Source: Terriglobia bacterium
Lineage (GTDB): Bacteria; Acidobacteriota; Terriglobia; JAJPHL01; JAPKYU01
Reading direction: 5' to 3'
Length of the DNA stretch: 64,000 nucleotides
Assembly (NCBI GenBank): GCA_965206645.1
Contig: CBDBKE010000003.1
Coordinates: 512,001 to 576,000, forward strand
The position numbers and the translations under genes were made by a program. The notes under the pieces are model-generated. The model was not told the origin of the DNA, searched no databases, and saw only the letters and a program-made list of their open reading frames with translations. The number at the start of each line of letters is the position of its first letter. Positions within the stretch are counted from its first letter, which is position 1. Positions 17,962 to 28,037 of this stretch are shown here, in pieces.

Positions 17962-18684
17962 TCAGCGCAAAGCGTGGACTGCGAAGGAAGCGCGCCGGGC
18001 CGTCCACTCCACCATCGAGCGGAACACGAACAGCCCATCAGTGGAACCCAGGCGCGCATCGCTGGCGCGTTCCGGGTGGGGCATCATCCCCAGGACATTG
18101 CCGGCTTCGTTGACGATCCCGGCGATATTGTGCAACGAGCCATTCGGATTCGCTTCCAGCGTGACGGCGCCCTCCGCGGTCGAGTAGCGGAACGCTACCC
18201 GACCGTTGCGCTCCAGTTCCGCCAGCGCGTCAGGCTCGGCGAAATAATTGCCCTCGGCGTGGGCGATAGGAATACGCAGGACCTGCCCGGGCTCGCAAGT
18301 AAGAGTAAAGGGCAACGAGGTGTTCTCCACACGGAGGTGTACGGGGCGACAAATGAACCGCAGGCTGCGGTTGCGCAGCGTAGCTCCGGGTAGCAGGCCG
18401 GTCTCCAGAAGAATCTGGAAGCCGTTGCAGATGCCCAGCACCAACCCCCCTCCGTCCGCAAAGCGCTTCACCGCCGCCAGCACCGGAGAGAAGCGCGCGA
18501 TGGCGCCCGTCCGCAGGTAGTCGCCGTAGGAGAAGCCGCCGGGCAGGATCACCGCATCGGCGTTTTCCAGATCCTGCGACCGGTGCCAGATGAAGCTCAC
18601 CGGCTGCTGCAACTGCATTCGAATCGCCTGGTAGGCGTCGTCGTCACAGTTGCTGCCTGGAAAGACGACTACCGCGAATTTCAT
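17962..18684 (-). CDS. purQ: FGAM synthase glutaminase subunit PurQ
   Basis: [30 protein letters not shown]. Confidence 0.97.
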   Translation of the reverse strand: MKFAVVVFPGSNCDDDAYQAIRMQLQQPVSFIWHRSQDLENADAVILPGGFSYGDYLRTGAIARFSPVLAAVKRFADGGGLVLGICNGFQILLETGLLPGATLRNRSLRFICRPVHLRVENTSLPFTLTCEPGQVLRIPIAHAEGNYFAEPDALAELERNGRVAFRYSTAEGAVTLEANPNGSLHNIAGIVNEAGNVLGMMPHPERASDARLGSTDGLFVFRSMVEWTARRASFAVHALR

Positions 18685-19048
18685 GTCCTGTCTCTATGAT
18701 ACCACAGCGGACGACGCCGATCACGACCGAAACTGGCCCGGAAAAGGCGCGCGGACACATGACGTTTGGAGGAGTTGATTATGGAAGGAAAGAGACGCGG
18801 TGCTGAAATTGGTCCCCCCCGCAGAAGGGAAGTCAAGATAGCATAACTTGGAGATAACGGGAAAAATGCGCGGGACGAACTTCAACCCACACTACAACTT
18901 CTCCAATAAATTTCCTGACAGGCTGCTGGTAAACCTTCGGAGCGACCACTGGCTTCCTCTGACATCTCTGCAGGTTGGCCAAATTTGCAAAGCCAAACTC
19001 CAGCAAGCGGTTCTCGTCGCCTGAAGCGGTGCGTGGCTGCGCAGCCTG

Positions 19049-19393
19049 CTAGCTCGGATGCTCCGTCACGGGAGGTCGGCCTGGTCCACGTTTGGCACGG
19101 CGCTTGGGCCGGCCCGGTCCGCGGCGCTTCCGCGGCCTCCCCGGACCGCGACGTTTGGGCGGTCGCCCCGGACCGCGACGTTTGGGCGGTCGCCCCGGAC
19201 CGCGACGTTTGGGCGGTCGCCCCGGACCGCGACCGCGACGTTTTGGGCGACGTTTGGGCGGTCGCCCCGGGCCACGACGCCCCGGCGGGCGGCCGCGGCG
19301 GCCCAGCGCCGCCAGACGTTCCAGCGCGGAAATCGCTTCCTCCAGTTGTCCTTGTTCCCGACGAAGTGATTGTAGGATTCTCTGAACATTCAT
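19049..19393 (-). CDS. Small basic protein: N-terminal amphipathic helix/coiled coil plus 8 AT-hook-like GRP motifs; putative nucleoid-associated DNA-binding protein
   Basis: MNVQRILQSLRREQGQLEEAISALERLA followed by RRGRPP and repeated KRRGPGRPP; has its own promoter upstream. Confidence 0.8.
   Translation of the reverse strand: MNVQRILQSLRREQGQLEEAISALERLAALGRRGRPPGRRGPGRPPKRRPKRRGRGPGRPPKRRGPGRPPKRRGPGRPPKRRGPGRPRKRRGPGRPKRRAKRGPGRPPVTEHPS
19141..19221. repeat. 27-bp coding tandem repeat (3 exact copies plus degenerate flanking copies)
   Basis: (CCGGACCGCGACGTTTGGGCGGTCGCC)x3 encodes the KRRGPGRPP units on the minus strand. Confidence 0.95.
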
Positions 19394-19402
19394 AGGCGGT
19401 GG

Positions 19403-19431
19403 AATTTAAAAGGAAAATTACTGATTGTCAA
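19403..19431 (-). promoter_or_regulatory. Sigma70-type promoter of the AT-hook gene, probably leaderless
   Basis: Minus strand TTGACA-17 nt-TAAATT, 9 nt before ATG 19393, no Shine-Dalgarno sequence. Confidence 0.65.
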
Positions 19432-19563
19432 CGAAAATGATTGGGTTTCGTGAAAAAATTTACGTTCTTGGATATCAGCAACATATCTCAGCTCAGCGAC
19501 CTGCAACCCGCAAGCGACAGCAGGCAGAAATGAGGTGTGACGAAGCCAGCTGTGCAGGAAAAT

Positions 19564-21018
19564 TCAACTGCGTGGATGCGCGCGTTCGGGCGTAGCCACT
19601 TCCTCCCGTTCCCGCGCGTGCGAGTTGCGGCTTTTCCGCTTGATCTCGATGTTCAGCCGCTTTATTTTCTGATTTAGCGTCGAGAGGGGAATCTGGAAGC
19701 GCTCGGCGGCTTCAGTCTGGCTCCAGTTCGTTTTCTCCAGCATGTCCACAATGACCCGGCGCTCGCACTCGTCCAGGATCTCGAACAAGGAGGCGCCGGG
19801 GCGCTCCTCCACAACCGACAGCAGGCCCGAACCCTTGCCGGCTCGCTCCCGCAGGGATTCCGGCAACAGCAAAGGATCCACTAAGGGCTCCCGGGAAAGC
19901 ACAACCGCCCGTTCGACGGCGTTCTCCAGTTCGCGCACGTTGCCCGGCCAGTGGTAGTCCATCAGGTGCCGCATGGCTGCCGTCGAAAAGCGGCGCAGCG
20001 GTTTCTGGTTTTCCTCGCAATACTTCTTCAGAAAATGGTCCACCAGCAGCGGGATATCCTCTTTTCGTTCGCGCAGTGGCGGCAAAGGCAGCGAGATCAC
20101 GTTCAGACGGTAGTACAGGTCCTCGCGGAACTTGGCTTCGGCCGCCAGCCGGTGCAAGTCCGCGTTGGTGGCGGCAATAATGCGGACGTCCACCTTGACC
20201 AACTCAGTCGAGCCAAGCGGGGTGAACTCGCGCTCCTGAATCACCCGCAACAGCTTGGCCTGAGTTTCCAGGCCGATGGTGCCGATTTCATCGAAGAACA
20301 GGGTGCCTCGGTCGGCTACCTCGAAGAAGCCCTTCTTAGAAGCGACCGCGCTGGTGAAGGCTCCCTTGACATGGCCGAACAGCAGGCTTTCCAGCAGATC
20401 CACCGGCATGCTGCCGGTATTGACCGGCACGAAGGGGCGGTCGGCGCGCGGCGAGTGGGCGTGGATGGCTTTGGCGATCAGCTCCTTGCCGGTCCCGCTT
20501 TCCCCGCTCAGCAAGACCGTCGAGCGGCTGGGTGCAATCTGCTCCACAAGGTCGAGAATCTTCAGCATGGACTCGCCTTTGCCCACGATATTGGGGAGGC
20601 TGTAGCGCTGCTTCAATGCCCGCCGAAGCTGCACGTTTTCCGCTTCCAATCGGCGGGCGCTCACCGTGTTGCGGATTTCCAGCACGAGCTTCTCGTTATC
20701 CCAGGGCTTGGTCAGGTAGTTGCGGGCTCCGGCGCGCATGGCGGCCACCGCGTTCTCCACCGAGGCGTAAGCGGTGATCATCAGCACTGGCAGGTTCGGG
20801 TCCAGACGACGAATCTCTTCGAGCGCCTCGAGGCCGCTGCGGCCGGGCAGAGCCACATCCAGCAGCACCAGGTCGAAGACCCGGCGCCCCAGCAGTTGCA
20901 GGGCAGCTTCGGCGCTTTCGGCCGAGAGCGCCTCGAAACCTTCCAGGCCAAGCAGGGTCTCCAGGCTTTCCCGGACTTCTGCCTCATCATCAACAATCAG
21001 AATTCTTCCTTCAGCCAT
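19564..21018 (-). CDS. Sigma-54-dependent response regulator (NtrC family: REC-AAA+-Fis HTH)
   Basis: REC domain, GESGTGKE, GHVKGAFTSA (GAFTGA-like), WPGNVRELEN, C-terminal HTH. Confidence 0.95.
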   Translation of the reverse strand: MAEGRILIVDDEAEVRESLETLLGLEGFEALSAESAEAALQLLGRRVFDLVLLDVALPGRSGLEALEEIRRLDPNLPVLMITAYASVENAVAAMRAGARNYLTKPWDNEKLVLEIRNTVSARRLEAENVQLRRALKQRYSLPNIVGKGESMLKILDLVEQIAPSRSTVLLSGESGTGKELIAKAIHAHSPRADRPFVPVNTGSMPVDLLESLLFGHVKGAFTSAVASKKGFFEVADRGTLFFDEIGTIGLETQAKLLRVIQEREFTPLGSTELVKVDVRIIAATNADLHRLAAEAKFREDLYYRLNVISLPLPPLRERKEDIPLLVDHFLKKYCEENQKPLRRFSTAAMRHLMDYHWPGNVRELENAVERAVVLSREPLVDPLLLPESLRERAGKGSGLLSVVEERPGASLFEILDECERRVIVDMLEKTNWSQTEAAERFQIPLSTLNQKIKRLNIEIKRKSRNSHAREREEVATPERAHPRS

Positions 21019-21020
21019 GA

Positions 21021-23918
21021 TCAGACGCTCACGGTTTCTGGCAACGTCTCTCTCAACTTGTCCGGCAACCGGGGAAACTCCAGCAAGAAGGCGGTCCCCT
21101 GGCTCTGAGAGCTTTCCACTCGGATGGTGCCGGCATGCTCTTTGACGATCCCGTAGGTGACCGAGAGGCCCAGGCCAACGCCGGAGCGCAAAATATCCCC
21201 GTTGCCGGCGCGGGCGGCCTTGGTGGTGAAGAAGGGATCGTAGATGCGGTGGATGTGCTTCTGGGATATGCCCTGGCCACTATCCGACACCTGCACCTGA
21301 ACTGCACCTTCACTGGTTTCCGTATGGACCCGCAGACGGCCCCCTTCCGGCATGGCGTCTCGGGCGTTCAGGAACAGGTTGAGAAACACCTGCTGGAGCT
21401 TGCCGGCGTTGCCCTGCACGAGGGGCGGCTGCTGGGCGAAGCGGGTTTCCACCTCCACGTGGCTGGTTCTCAGCGGGTGCTCCAACAAGGCTAGTGTGTC
21501 GCGCACCACTCGGTGCAAGTCCACTGGCACCATCTGGGCGCTGCCGGTGCGGGAAAAGTTCAGCAGGTTATTGACGATTTCCGAGGCCCGGAAGGTGGAC
21601 TTGATAATCTTCTCCAGCAGCTTTCCGCGCGCGTCTTCGTTTGGGAGTTGCTTGGAGAGCATCTGCGCGTAGCTGGAGATGACCGTCAGCGGCGTGTTCA
21701 CCTCGTGGGCCACGCCGGCGGCCAGCAGTCCGACCGAGCTCAGCTTTTCCGCCTCGGCCAGTTGCTGCTCCAGTTCCACCCGCTCGCTCACGTCGTCGAA
21801 GATGAGCAGCCGGCCAATCGGTTCGAACCTCTTGCTGACCAAGGGGGCCACCGCGATGTTCAGGGCCCGCTCGCTGCCCGACGGCGTGCGCACCCGGTAC
21901 CGGTACAGGTTATGAATCCCGCTGTCGCTGCGGAAGCGCAGCAGCTCGGCCACCAGTTCCGCGGGAAGGACTTTGTCCACCGGTTGCCCGCGAGTTCGCT
22001 CGCGCGACAGACCGTACATCAGCTCCAGTTGCGTGTTCCAGCTTTCGACCCGGTCGTCCAGATCCAGCACCAGGATGCCTACGCTGAGCGACTCGACGAT
22101 GTTCTCGTTGAACTCCTTCAGGCGTTCGTATTCGGCTGCCTTTCGCTCGAGCCGCCGGTAGAGCCTTGCGTTCTCGACCGCCGCACCTAGATGCCCGGAC
22201 AGCGCCTCCAACAACGCCACGTCCTCGCTGGACAGGAAGTTGTTCTCGGTGGTCTGGCCCAACCCCAGGAATCCCACGATGCGCCCCTGGGCCCGGCAGG
22301 CGAGGTAATAGTGCAGGTCCAGGGTGGCGATCGCGCGGCGCGCCGGCTCCGGCTCGCCTGGCGCTTGCCGCGTGTTCTCAAAAAACAGATAGCCTCGCGC
22401 GGATTCAGCCCGAGCGGCATCCAAGAAGCCCAGGTCGAGGTCTCCGTCCAGTGACAGTCCCCGAGAATGCGCCAGCCGCATTTGGCCCTGCTCATCGTCC
22501 TGCTCACTGGGCTTTTCATCGGGCAGGAAGACGGCTACCCGGTCCACGTTGAGCGTGTGAGATAGCCGATCGGACACCGCCCCCAGCAGGTGCGGCAGAT
22601 CGGTTTCGGTGCTCAGCTCGCGGCCGAAGTCCACCAACGTTTTGCGGTAGTCGTAGCGGTCGCGGTAGAAGTGGCGGTCCAGTCGCTCTTGAATGCGGGC
22701 GCGCAGTGGATGGAACAGAAGGGCGCTGACCACCACCGCGATCACAAACCCTGTTGTTCCCGTGGCAGGCAAGCTGGAGTGGAATACTAGTCCGGCTAGG
22801 GCCACCACCGTAAAGTACATCGATACCAGTGTCAGGGTGGCCAGCGTATAAGCGGCGCCTCGGCGGAACAGAATGTCCACATCCATCAGCCGGTAGCGCA
22901 GAATCGCGTAGCCGAAGGTCAGGGGGATCAACACCAGGGAAAGCGCCGACAGCTTCATCCAACTGGTCGGCACCGCGCCGAACAGGAAGGGCAGGATGAA
23001 AAAAGCGGCAAAGGGGGCAATGCCGAGGGTCACGCCGCGAGTAATCCACTTCATCTGCTGGCGCAGCAGCGGTGTGTGCGCTCGACGATAAGCCTGGTAC
23101 AGCACGGCCGTGCCGCCCAGAAACCACGCCGCCAGGTGGGCGTAGGCGATGCGATCCAGCCACCAGCTCACGGTCCCGATCGGCAAGCCGATTTCCAGCA
23201 CTCGGGATACGACCCCTAGATGGACCAGCAGCAACGCCGCCGCCGGGGCGTAGGCCAGCGGGAGCAGGAACGAACGGCGCTTCAGCCAATCCCGTGGCTC
23301 TGGAAACGCCAGGGCAAAATGGAGAAACAGGGCCGGCTGCAGGAGGGTGGCCACCACGTTTGACCAGTAAATGGTCCAGTCCAAACCGTCCAGCTTGCCG
23401 GTGTAGCGGTAGAAATACAGGACAAACGAGGCCAGGCAGAACAGATAAAAGTGGAGTGCTCGCGCGGCCTGTCCCCGCCGCAGCACGACATACAGCCCGA
23501 TGCTCAAATACAGCAGCGCGACCAACTGCAAGTAGCGCTGAATGGAACTGCTCCTCTGTCGAGGCTGTGGAATGACAGAGGCGACGACGGGGCGCCCGCT
23601 GCGGCTCAGCACATATTCCGCACTGCCCCAGTTGCCCAGCTGGTAGAGCAGCCTTGTGACGCGGGTGGCCCGGGGAATGGGGGTGCTATTGATGCTGTGC
23701 AGTAGGTCGCCTTCCTGAATTCCGGCCCGCGCTGCCGGCCCGCCGGGCTCCACGTACCGGGCAACGACACCTGCCGCGCTGTCCTGCCAGGTCGCCCCGT
23801 CATGGGGAGGGTGGAATTTGCGCTGCTGGTCGAGGTTGATCCAGGCCAACACGCCCAGTGCGATCGTGAGTAATCCCACGAGTATGGACGTGAACCGTAA
23901 TCGGAATTCCCCGATCAA
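21021..23918 (-). CDS. Membrane sensor histidine kinase (PDZ, multi-TM, GAF, PAS, HisKA/HATPase)
   Basis: PGGPAARAGIQEGD PDZ motif, multiple TM helices, AHEVNTPL H-box, NARDAM, DSGQG, PFFTTK, GLGLS. Confidence 0.92.
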   Translation of the reverse strand: MIGEFRLRFTSILVGLLTIALGVLAWINLDQQRKFHPPHDGATWQDSAAGVVARYVEPGGPAARAGIQEGDLLHSINSTPIPRATRVTRLLYQLGNWGSAEYVLSRSGRPVVASVIPQPRQRSSSIQRYLQLVALLYLSIGLYVVLRRGQAARALHFYLFCLASFVLYFYRYTGKLDGLDWTIYWSNVVATLLQPALFLHFALAFPEPRDWLKRRSFLLPLAYAPAAALLLVHLGVVSRVLEIGLPIGTVSWWLDRIAYAHLAAWFLGGTAVLYQAYRRAHTPLLRQQMKWITRGVTLGIAPFAAFFILPFLFGAVPTSWMKLSALSLVLIPLTFGYAILRYRLMDVDILFRRGAAYTLATLTLVSMYFTVVALAGLVFHSSLPATGTTGFVIAVVVSALLFHPLRARIQERLDRHFYRDRYDYRKTLVDFGRELSTETDLPHLLGAVSDRLSHTLNVDRVAVFLPDEKPSEQDDEQGQMRLAHSRGLSLDGDLDLGFLDAARAESARGYLFFENTRQAPGEPEPARRAIATLDLHYYLACRAQGRIVGFLGLGQTTENNFLSSEDVALLEALSGHLGAAVENARLYRRLERKAAEYERLKEFNENIVESLSVGILVLDLDDRVESWNTQLELMYGLSRERTRGQPVDKVLPAELVAELLRFRSDSGIHNLYRYRVRTPSGSERALNIAVAPLVSKRFEPIGRLLIFDDVSERVELEQQLAEAEKLSSVGLLAAGVAHEVNTPLTVISSYAQMLSKQLPNEDARGKLLEKIIKSTFRASEIVNNLLNFSRTGSAQMVPVDLHRVVRDTLALLEHPLRTSHVEVETRFAQQPPLVQGNAGKLQQVFLNLFLNARDAMPEGGRLRVHTETSEGAVQVQVSDSGQGISQKHIHRIYDPFFTTKAARAGNGDILRSGVGLGLSVTYGIVKEHAGTIRVESSQSQGTAFLLEFPRLPDKLRETLPETVSV

Positions 23919-23988
23919 GGCTTCCTCACTAAGCTTCCTGCTTTCTTCCCCATTGGGCTCAGGCCCCTGGGGCCATCTCCACTGTAAC

Positions 23989-24033
23989 CGGTATCAAGGT
24001 GGTCGGCATCAAATTGGCCGGCATCAAGGTGGA
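23989..24033. repeat. 15-bp imperfect tandem repeat x3
   Basis: CGGTATCAAGGTGGT / CGGCATCAAATTGGC / CGGCATCAAGGTGGA. Confidence 0.7.
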
Positions 24034-24342
24034 TAGACGCCTCAACACCCAGCACTGACTCTCTCACCCTAGCAACTCTGTTTCCAATAACCAACGTCCT
24101 TTTCAGAATACATATTGATTGAGTATCAACTACTTGCATTTTAGCGTAAGCAGGCCTGGACCGAAATACGAAATATAGTATGCTGCCTACTATTTCCCAC
24201 ATAGTCCTGCCTGTTTCTTGTACCTGCTTCATATCACAATGGGATTGGGCTAGCTAGTCCGTGTTGAGGCGCGGCGCTGGGTTTCGGGGACAGCCCACGC
24301 GGTCAGCCTCAAGTGGTGTTTAGCCGAAGAGGGGATTACTGA

Positions 24343-26172
24343 TCAGAAGATGAAGCTAAAGCCGCCGCGGAAGCTGCGGTAGTTCTGGACCAGCAGGAAG
24401 CGTTCCCCATCGGCGGTAATGATGGGCACGTAGCCTTGAGCGAGCAGGTTGCGGAAATCGGCCAACGCTTCCACGCGGCCGGGTAGAACCACCAAAGAAG
24501 GCAGCGGCTGTCGCACCAGGATGTTCAGGTGAGGCTCGGCATACCCCAGGCTTTCGTCGTAAAAGTCGCCAGGAGTCACCGAGGGGCCAAACACCCACTT
24601 ATACCCGGCCAGGACCCGTGTTCGGGTCGCCGGGACATCGGCCTTCAGCTTGATGGCAAGCGCATGCCGGCGTTGCATTCTCAGAATGCTGCGCAACTCC
24701 TCCGGGTCTTTCGTGTGCAGGAACATCCGCTCCGGCGCCAGCACGCCGACGTAGCTATAGGCGAAAGTGCTTTGCAGTCGATCGGAGAAGGTTTGCCGCA
24801 CCGAGGCGCGCACGCCGCTAGTGTGATAATTGCCGCTGTTGAAGGAATACTGCTGGGTGAACACATCCGGAAACAAATCGGCCCAGAAGGGCTCGCCGTT
24901 AACGACAGCGTTCAAGGTCAGATCGCTGATTTCGTCCCGGTAGGCGCCGACTTCCGCCGCTGTGCGGGCACCCAGCTTTCGTTGGAAGCTGGCTTCTATG
25001 TGCCGGCTGCGTTGCACCGTAGGAGAGCCATTGCGCACCGACACACGCGGGAACACGGCCAATTGCGAGGCCACCTGGCGCAGCGGATCCGTGCCTGGAC
25101 GGTACGTCCGCGGCGTCGCCTCGGTATAGTAGACCTGAAACGAGGAAGACTCGCTGGACTGATAGATCACGCGCCCGTAGGGGCTGAAAGTGTTCAGCCG
25201 GTCCAGGAAACGGACGGAGTCATACAGGAAGCCATACTCGACGCGCAGGCTGTCGGCAAACTGCAACCCATTGCTGGCAGCCAGCGTCATGCTCTGTAAA
25301 TTCTCCGCGCTTCCGGGTCCCGAAAACGCGGCAGGCAGGAAAATTTGGCGCAGCGTCAGGGAGACTTCGGGGGTCGAGCCGCTGGCTAACTCCCGCCGCA
25401 ACGCGCCGCGGAAAGCAGCCGCCGGCGTGTGCCGCTCAAAGCCCAGGTTGCCGCTCAACAACACCCTGGTGTTTTGGAACGGGTTGTTGGCAACGGTGAA
25501 CGAGGTGTTGAAGTCGGCCTCGCTGCCGGCGATCGAGGAGCGCCCCATGCCTCCGCTGAACTGCAGCAGCGTTCGGTTCTCGGCGAGGTCGCGCAGGGTG
25601 GGCAACCTGTCGCCGTTCTGCTCGGGCAGGTAACGCAGCACTGGCCGGAAGACACCCGAACTGCGCAACACCCAAGCCCAGTCCTCGTCACTGTCCGGGC
25701 GGCTGCGGCGGCCCCGCAAAATGTCGACGGTTTCCAGCAATGAGGCTAAGTTGACCGAAAGGAAGGAGCGGACGCCGGGTTGGATCTGGATCTCCTGTCT
25801 CAGGAAAGGCAGGAAGCTGGTCAACGTGACGCGGAGGGAATACAGCCCAGGCTTGACCCGTTCCAGCAGGAACGCTCCCTTCTCGTTGGTGTAGGCGTGC
25901 TGGAGGATGCGGCCGTCTCCGCTGATGAGGGCGATGGCGGCTCCCATCTGCGGGATGCCCCGGCGGTTCGTGACCACTCCGGCGAGCGTTCCTAAAGGCG
26001 AGATCCTGCGGGGGGTGGCCCACAGAGAAGATAGGCAAGATGCCGCTAGCAGCCATACTCCCAAAGCGGCAATGAGTTTGCCTCTTCTATCCCTGTCCAA
26101 TCTGGCCCTGTCCAATCTGACCTCCTCGTGCAACTCGGCCTGTTCCCAGGCCGAGTTAGGTACCGCTGACAC
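24343..26172 (-). CDS. Outer-membrane protein with a carboxypeptidase-regulatory-like N-terminal domain and a TonB-dependent-receptor-like beta-barrel
   Basis: Signal peptide, GTLAGVV..TNEKGAF..PGLYSLRV motif, amphipathic beta strands, C-terminal Phe (GGFSFIF). Confidence 0.7.
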   Translation of the reverse strand: MSAVPNSAWEQAELHEEVRLDRARLDRDRRGKLIAALGVWLLAASCLSSLWATPRRISPLGTLAGVVTNRRGIPQMGAAIALISGDGRILQHAYTNEKGAFLLERVKPGLYSLRVTLTSFLPFLRQEIQIQPGVRSFLSVNLASLLETVDILRGRRSRPDSDEDWAWVLRSSGVFRPVLRYLPEQNGDRLPTLRDLAENRTLLQFSGGMGRSSIAGSEADFNTSFTVANNPFQNTRVLLSGNLGFERHTPAAAFRGALRRELASGSTPEVSLTLRQIFLPAAFSGPGSAENLQSMTLAASNGLQFADSLRVEYGFLYDSVRFLDRLNTFSPYGRVIYQSSESSSFQVYYTEATPRTYRPGTDPLRQVASQLAVFPRVSVRNGSPTVQRSRHIEASFQRKLGARTAAEVGAYRDEISDLTLNAVVNGEPFWADLFPDVFTQQYSFNSGNYHTSGVRASVRQTFSDRLQSTFAYSYVGVLAPERMFLHTKDPEELRSILRMQRRHALAIKLKADVPATRTRVLAGYKWVFGPSVTPGDFYDESLGYAEPHLNILVRQPLPSLVVLPGRVEALADFRNLLAQGYVPIITADGERFLLVQNYRSFRGGFSFIF

Positions 26173-27824
26173 TATTGTATCGTAAACGTCGCGGTAGGGG
26201 TGATGGATTGCTTTTTGATCCGATCCGTCACTTTTACCTGCAACTTGTACCGGCCCGGTTCCAGGCTCTCCAGCGGGAGCAACTTCTCCACCGTTATCTG
26301 CTGGAAGGCGCCCTTGATCTGGTCGCTGTTCTCGGTGAGCTGGAACAGGGTCTGGCCATTCTTCAGCAAAGCGTACTCGACGGTGGCCGAAGGCTTGCGA
26401 GTCTTCTCGTCGGTGGCCAGATTGTAGACTTGGAGGTAGATGCCCAAGCGCTGGTTGCGGCTAAACTTTTCCCCGACGCTGGGCCGCACTTTCGTAGAAC
26501 CAATGACAAACTGTCCCTTGCCGATCTGCCTGGTGGAAACCCTTTCCAGCCGATCGGCCAGAATCAGGCTGGAGGCGGCCAGCGAATCCTCATAGTAGCG
26601 GGGCACGCGCAGGGCCATCCGGCTGGTTCCCATGTTGCCGCTATGAATGTCCTTCAGCACCAGATCCAGCCGGTACAAGCCGGACCGCAGCGGCATTCCC
26701 TGCCAGTAGACGCGCTTCTGGTTTAGATACAGCTCCAACTGCTCGGCCGGCACATCTACTTGTATGACATCCTCAAAGGTTTGCACGACGCGCCCGGTCA
26801 GCGTGGTGACCCGCCCGAAGACGTTCACCAGCCCCCGCTGGATCCCCTCAATGTCCTCGAAGGTCATGTCCTTGACATTGACCTGCACGGTCAGAGCCGC
26901 CAGCACCGTGCTGGAGGTAATCCGAACGAAATCGGTGCGAACCTCGAAAGGGAACAGGTTGTAGCTGATCCTGGTCCTGACCACATCCTCCAGGTCCCGA
27001 AACTTGACCGGCGGAGGTCTCTGCAACTTGACGAACTGGTCCATACGCTCGAACTTGCTTTTGCTGGGGCTGTAGGGCCTCATGTCCGAGCCCTGGCCGA
27101 TTTGTTGGTGTTCGATGCCCAAAACGCGATCGACCTTGCTGGCCATGCCCATCGCCTCCAGATGGGTCAGCCCGGCGCCAGGTATATTGATAAGCGCGTC
27201 CTTCTCCGAGGGATCCATCGCCATGCGGAACTCCCCGGTCAAGCTCTTATCTACAAACTCGATCTCTATGTTGGTGCCGATGTCCTCGAGGTAGCGATAC
27301 CGCCATCTCTCGAACGGGTAGGTTTGGGTAAAGCCTCCGCCTTCGTCCATAGGCCTTTGGTACATGCCGCCCCCGACGTTCTCTTCTCTTTCGTCGGGCG
27401 GGCCGAAGGTGATGTAGATGCGGCCGCGGTCGCTTCTCCAGCCCGCAAATCCCGAGCCGAAGTATTGATTGGCATACGCAATACGCCGGTACACCTCTTC
27501 TTTGTACTCGTTCTCTACGCTGTCCGGCGTCGGATCACGGCGCAGCCAGAACTGCTCGATAAACTGCTCCCGTTCTTCCGCGTTCTGAAGGCGCTTGAAA
27601 GTTTTCCGCTCCTCTTCGGTGATGATATAGGCGACGTCTTCTTTGAGCCACCTTTGAAAGGGCCGATTTAGCTCCTTTTCCAGGGAACGCCGCCGGCGCT
27701 CGCGCTCTTTCTTGCTGAGCCGTGGCCGGCCGTCCTTGTCCTTGCCTTTGGCCACAACGGGCCCGGCCAGTAAAAAGAGGAAAACGGCAAACAATAGGAG
27801 GGGGACCCAAGCCTTGAGCTTCAT
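26172..27824 (-). CDS. GWxTD domain-containing protein (exported)
   Basis: Signal peptide from ATG 27824, WLKEDVAYIIT, FWLRRDP, GWRSDRGRIYITFGPPD, C-terminal Ig-like domain. Confidence 0.9.
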   Translation of the reverse strand: MKLKAWVPLLLFAVFLFLLAGPVVAKGKDKDGRPRLSKKERERRRRSLEKELNRPFQRWLKEDVAYIITEEERKTFKRLQNAEEREQFIEQFWLRRDPTPDSVENEYKEEVYRRIAYANQYFGSGFAGWRSDRGRIYITFGPPDEREENVGGGMYQRPMDEGGGFTQTYPFERWRYRYLEDIGTNIEIEFVDKSLTGEFRMAMDPSEKDALINIPGAGLTHLEAMGMASKVDRVLGIEHQQIGQGSDMRPYSPSKSKFERMDQFVKLQRPPPVKFRDLEDVVRTRISYNLFPFEVRTDFVRITSSTVLAALTVQVNVKDMTFEDIEGIQRGLVNVFGRVTTLTGRVVQTFEDVIQVDVPAEQLELYLNQKRVYWQGMPLRSGLYRLDLVLKDIHSGNMGTSRMALRVPRYYEDSLAASSLILADRLERVSTRQIGKGQFVIGSTKVRPSVGEKFSRNQRLGIYLQVYNLATDEKTRKPSATVEYALLKNGQTLFQLTENSDQIKGAFQQITVEKLLPLESLEPGRYKLQVKVTDRIKKQSITPTATFTIQ

Positions 27825-27998
27825 AGCAAACCTCGCCTTCGGCAACACACAGCCGACATCCGCCAACACTCCAGCACCATCAATCCTAAGAGCCTTGCCT
27901 CCCGTTCGTCAAGCAATCTGTCGCTGTCAAGGAGTCTTTGCGCTCCTGGGCCGCCTCCGGTCGAGGAAGTGGCCCGGAAGTGTCTGGCAGGCGGCATT

Positions 27999-28037
27999 CA
28001 ATACTGCCTGGCAATACTGCCTGGCGATACTGCCTGG
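27999..28037. repeat. 13-bp tandem repeat x3 in a divergent promoter region
   Basis: CAATACTGCCTGG x2 plus CGATACTGCCTGG. Confidence 0.85.

Noticed and set aside
18685-19048. purS or a purine-regulatory RNA upstream of purQ
   Set aside because: No PurS-like ORF (no VLDPQG-type motif) and no recognisable riboswitch
18985-19395. Alternative-frame repeat ORFs (e.g. PDRDVWAVA) over the AT-hook gene
   Set aside because: By-products of the 27-bp repeat; only the 19393 minus-strand frame has an ATG, a promoter and a sensible N-terminal domain
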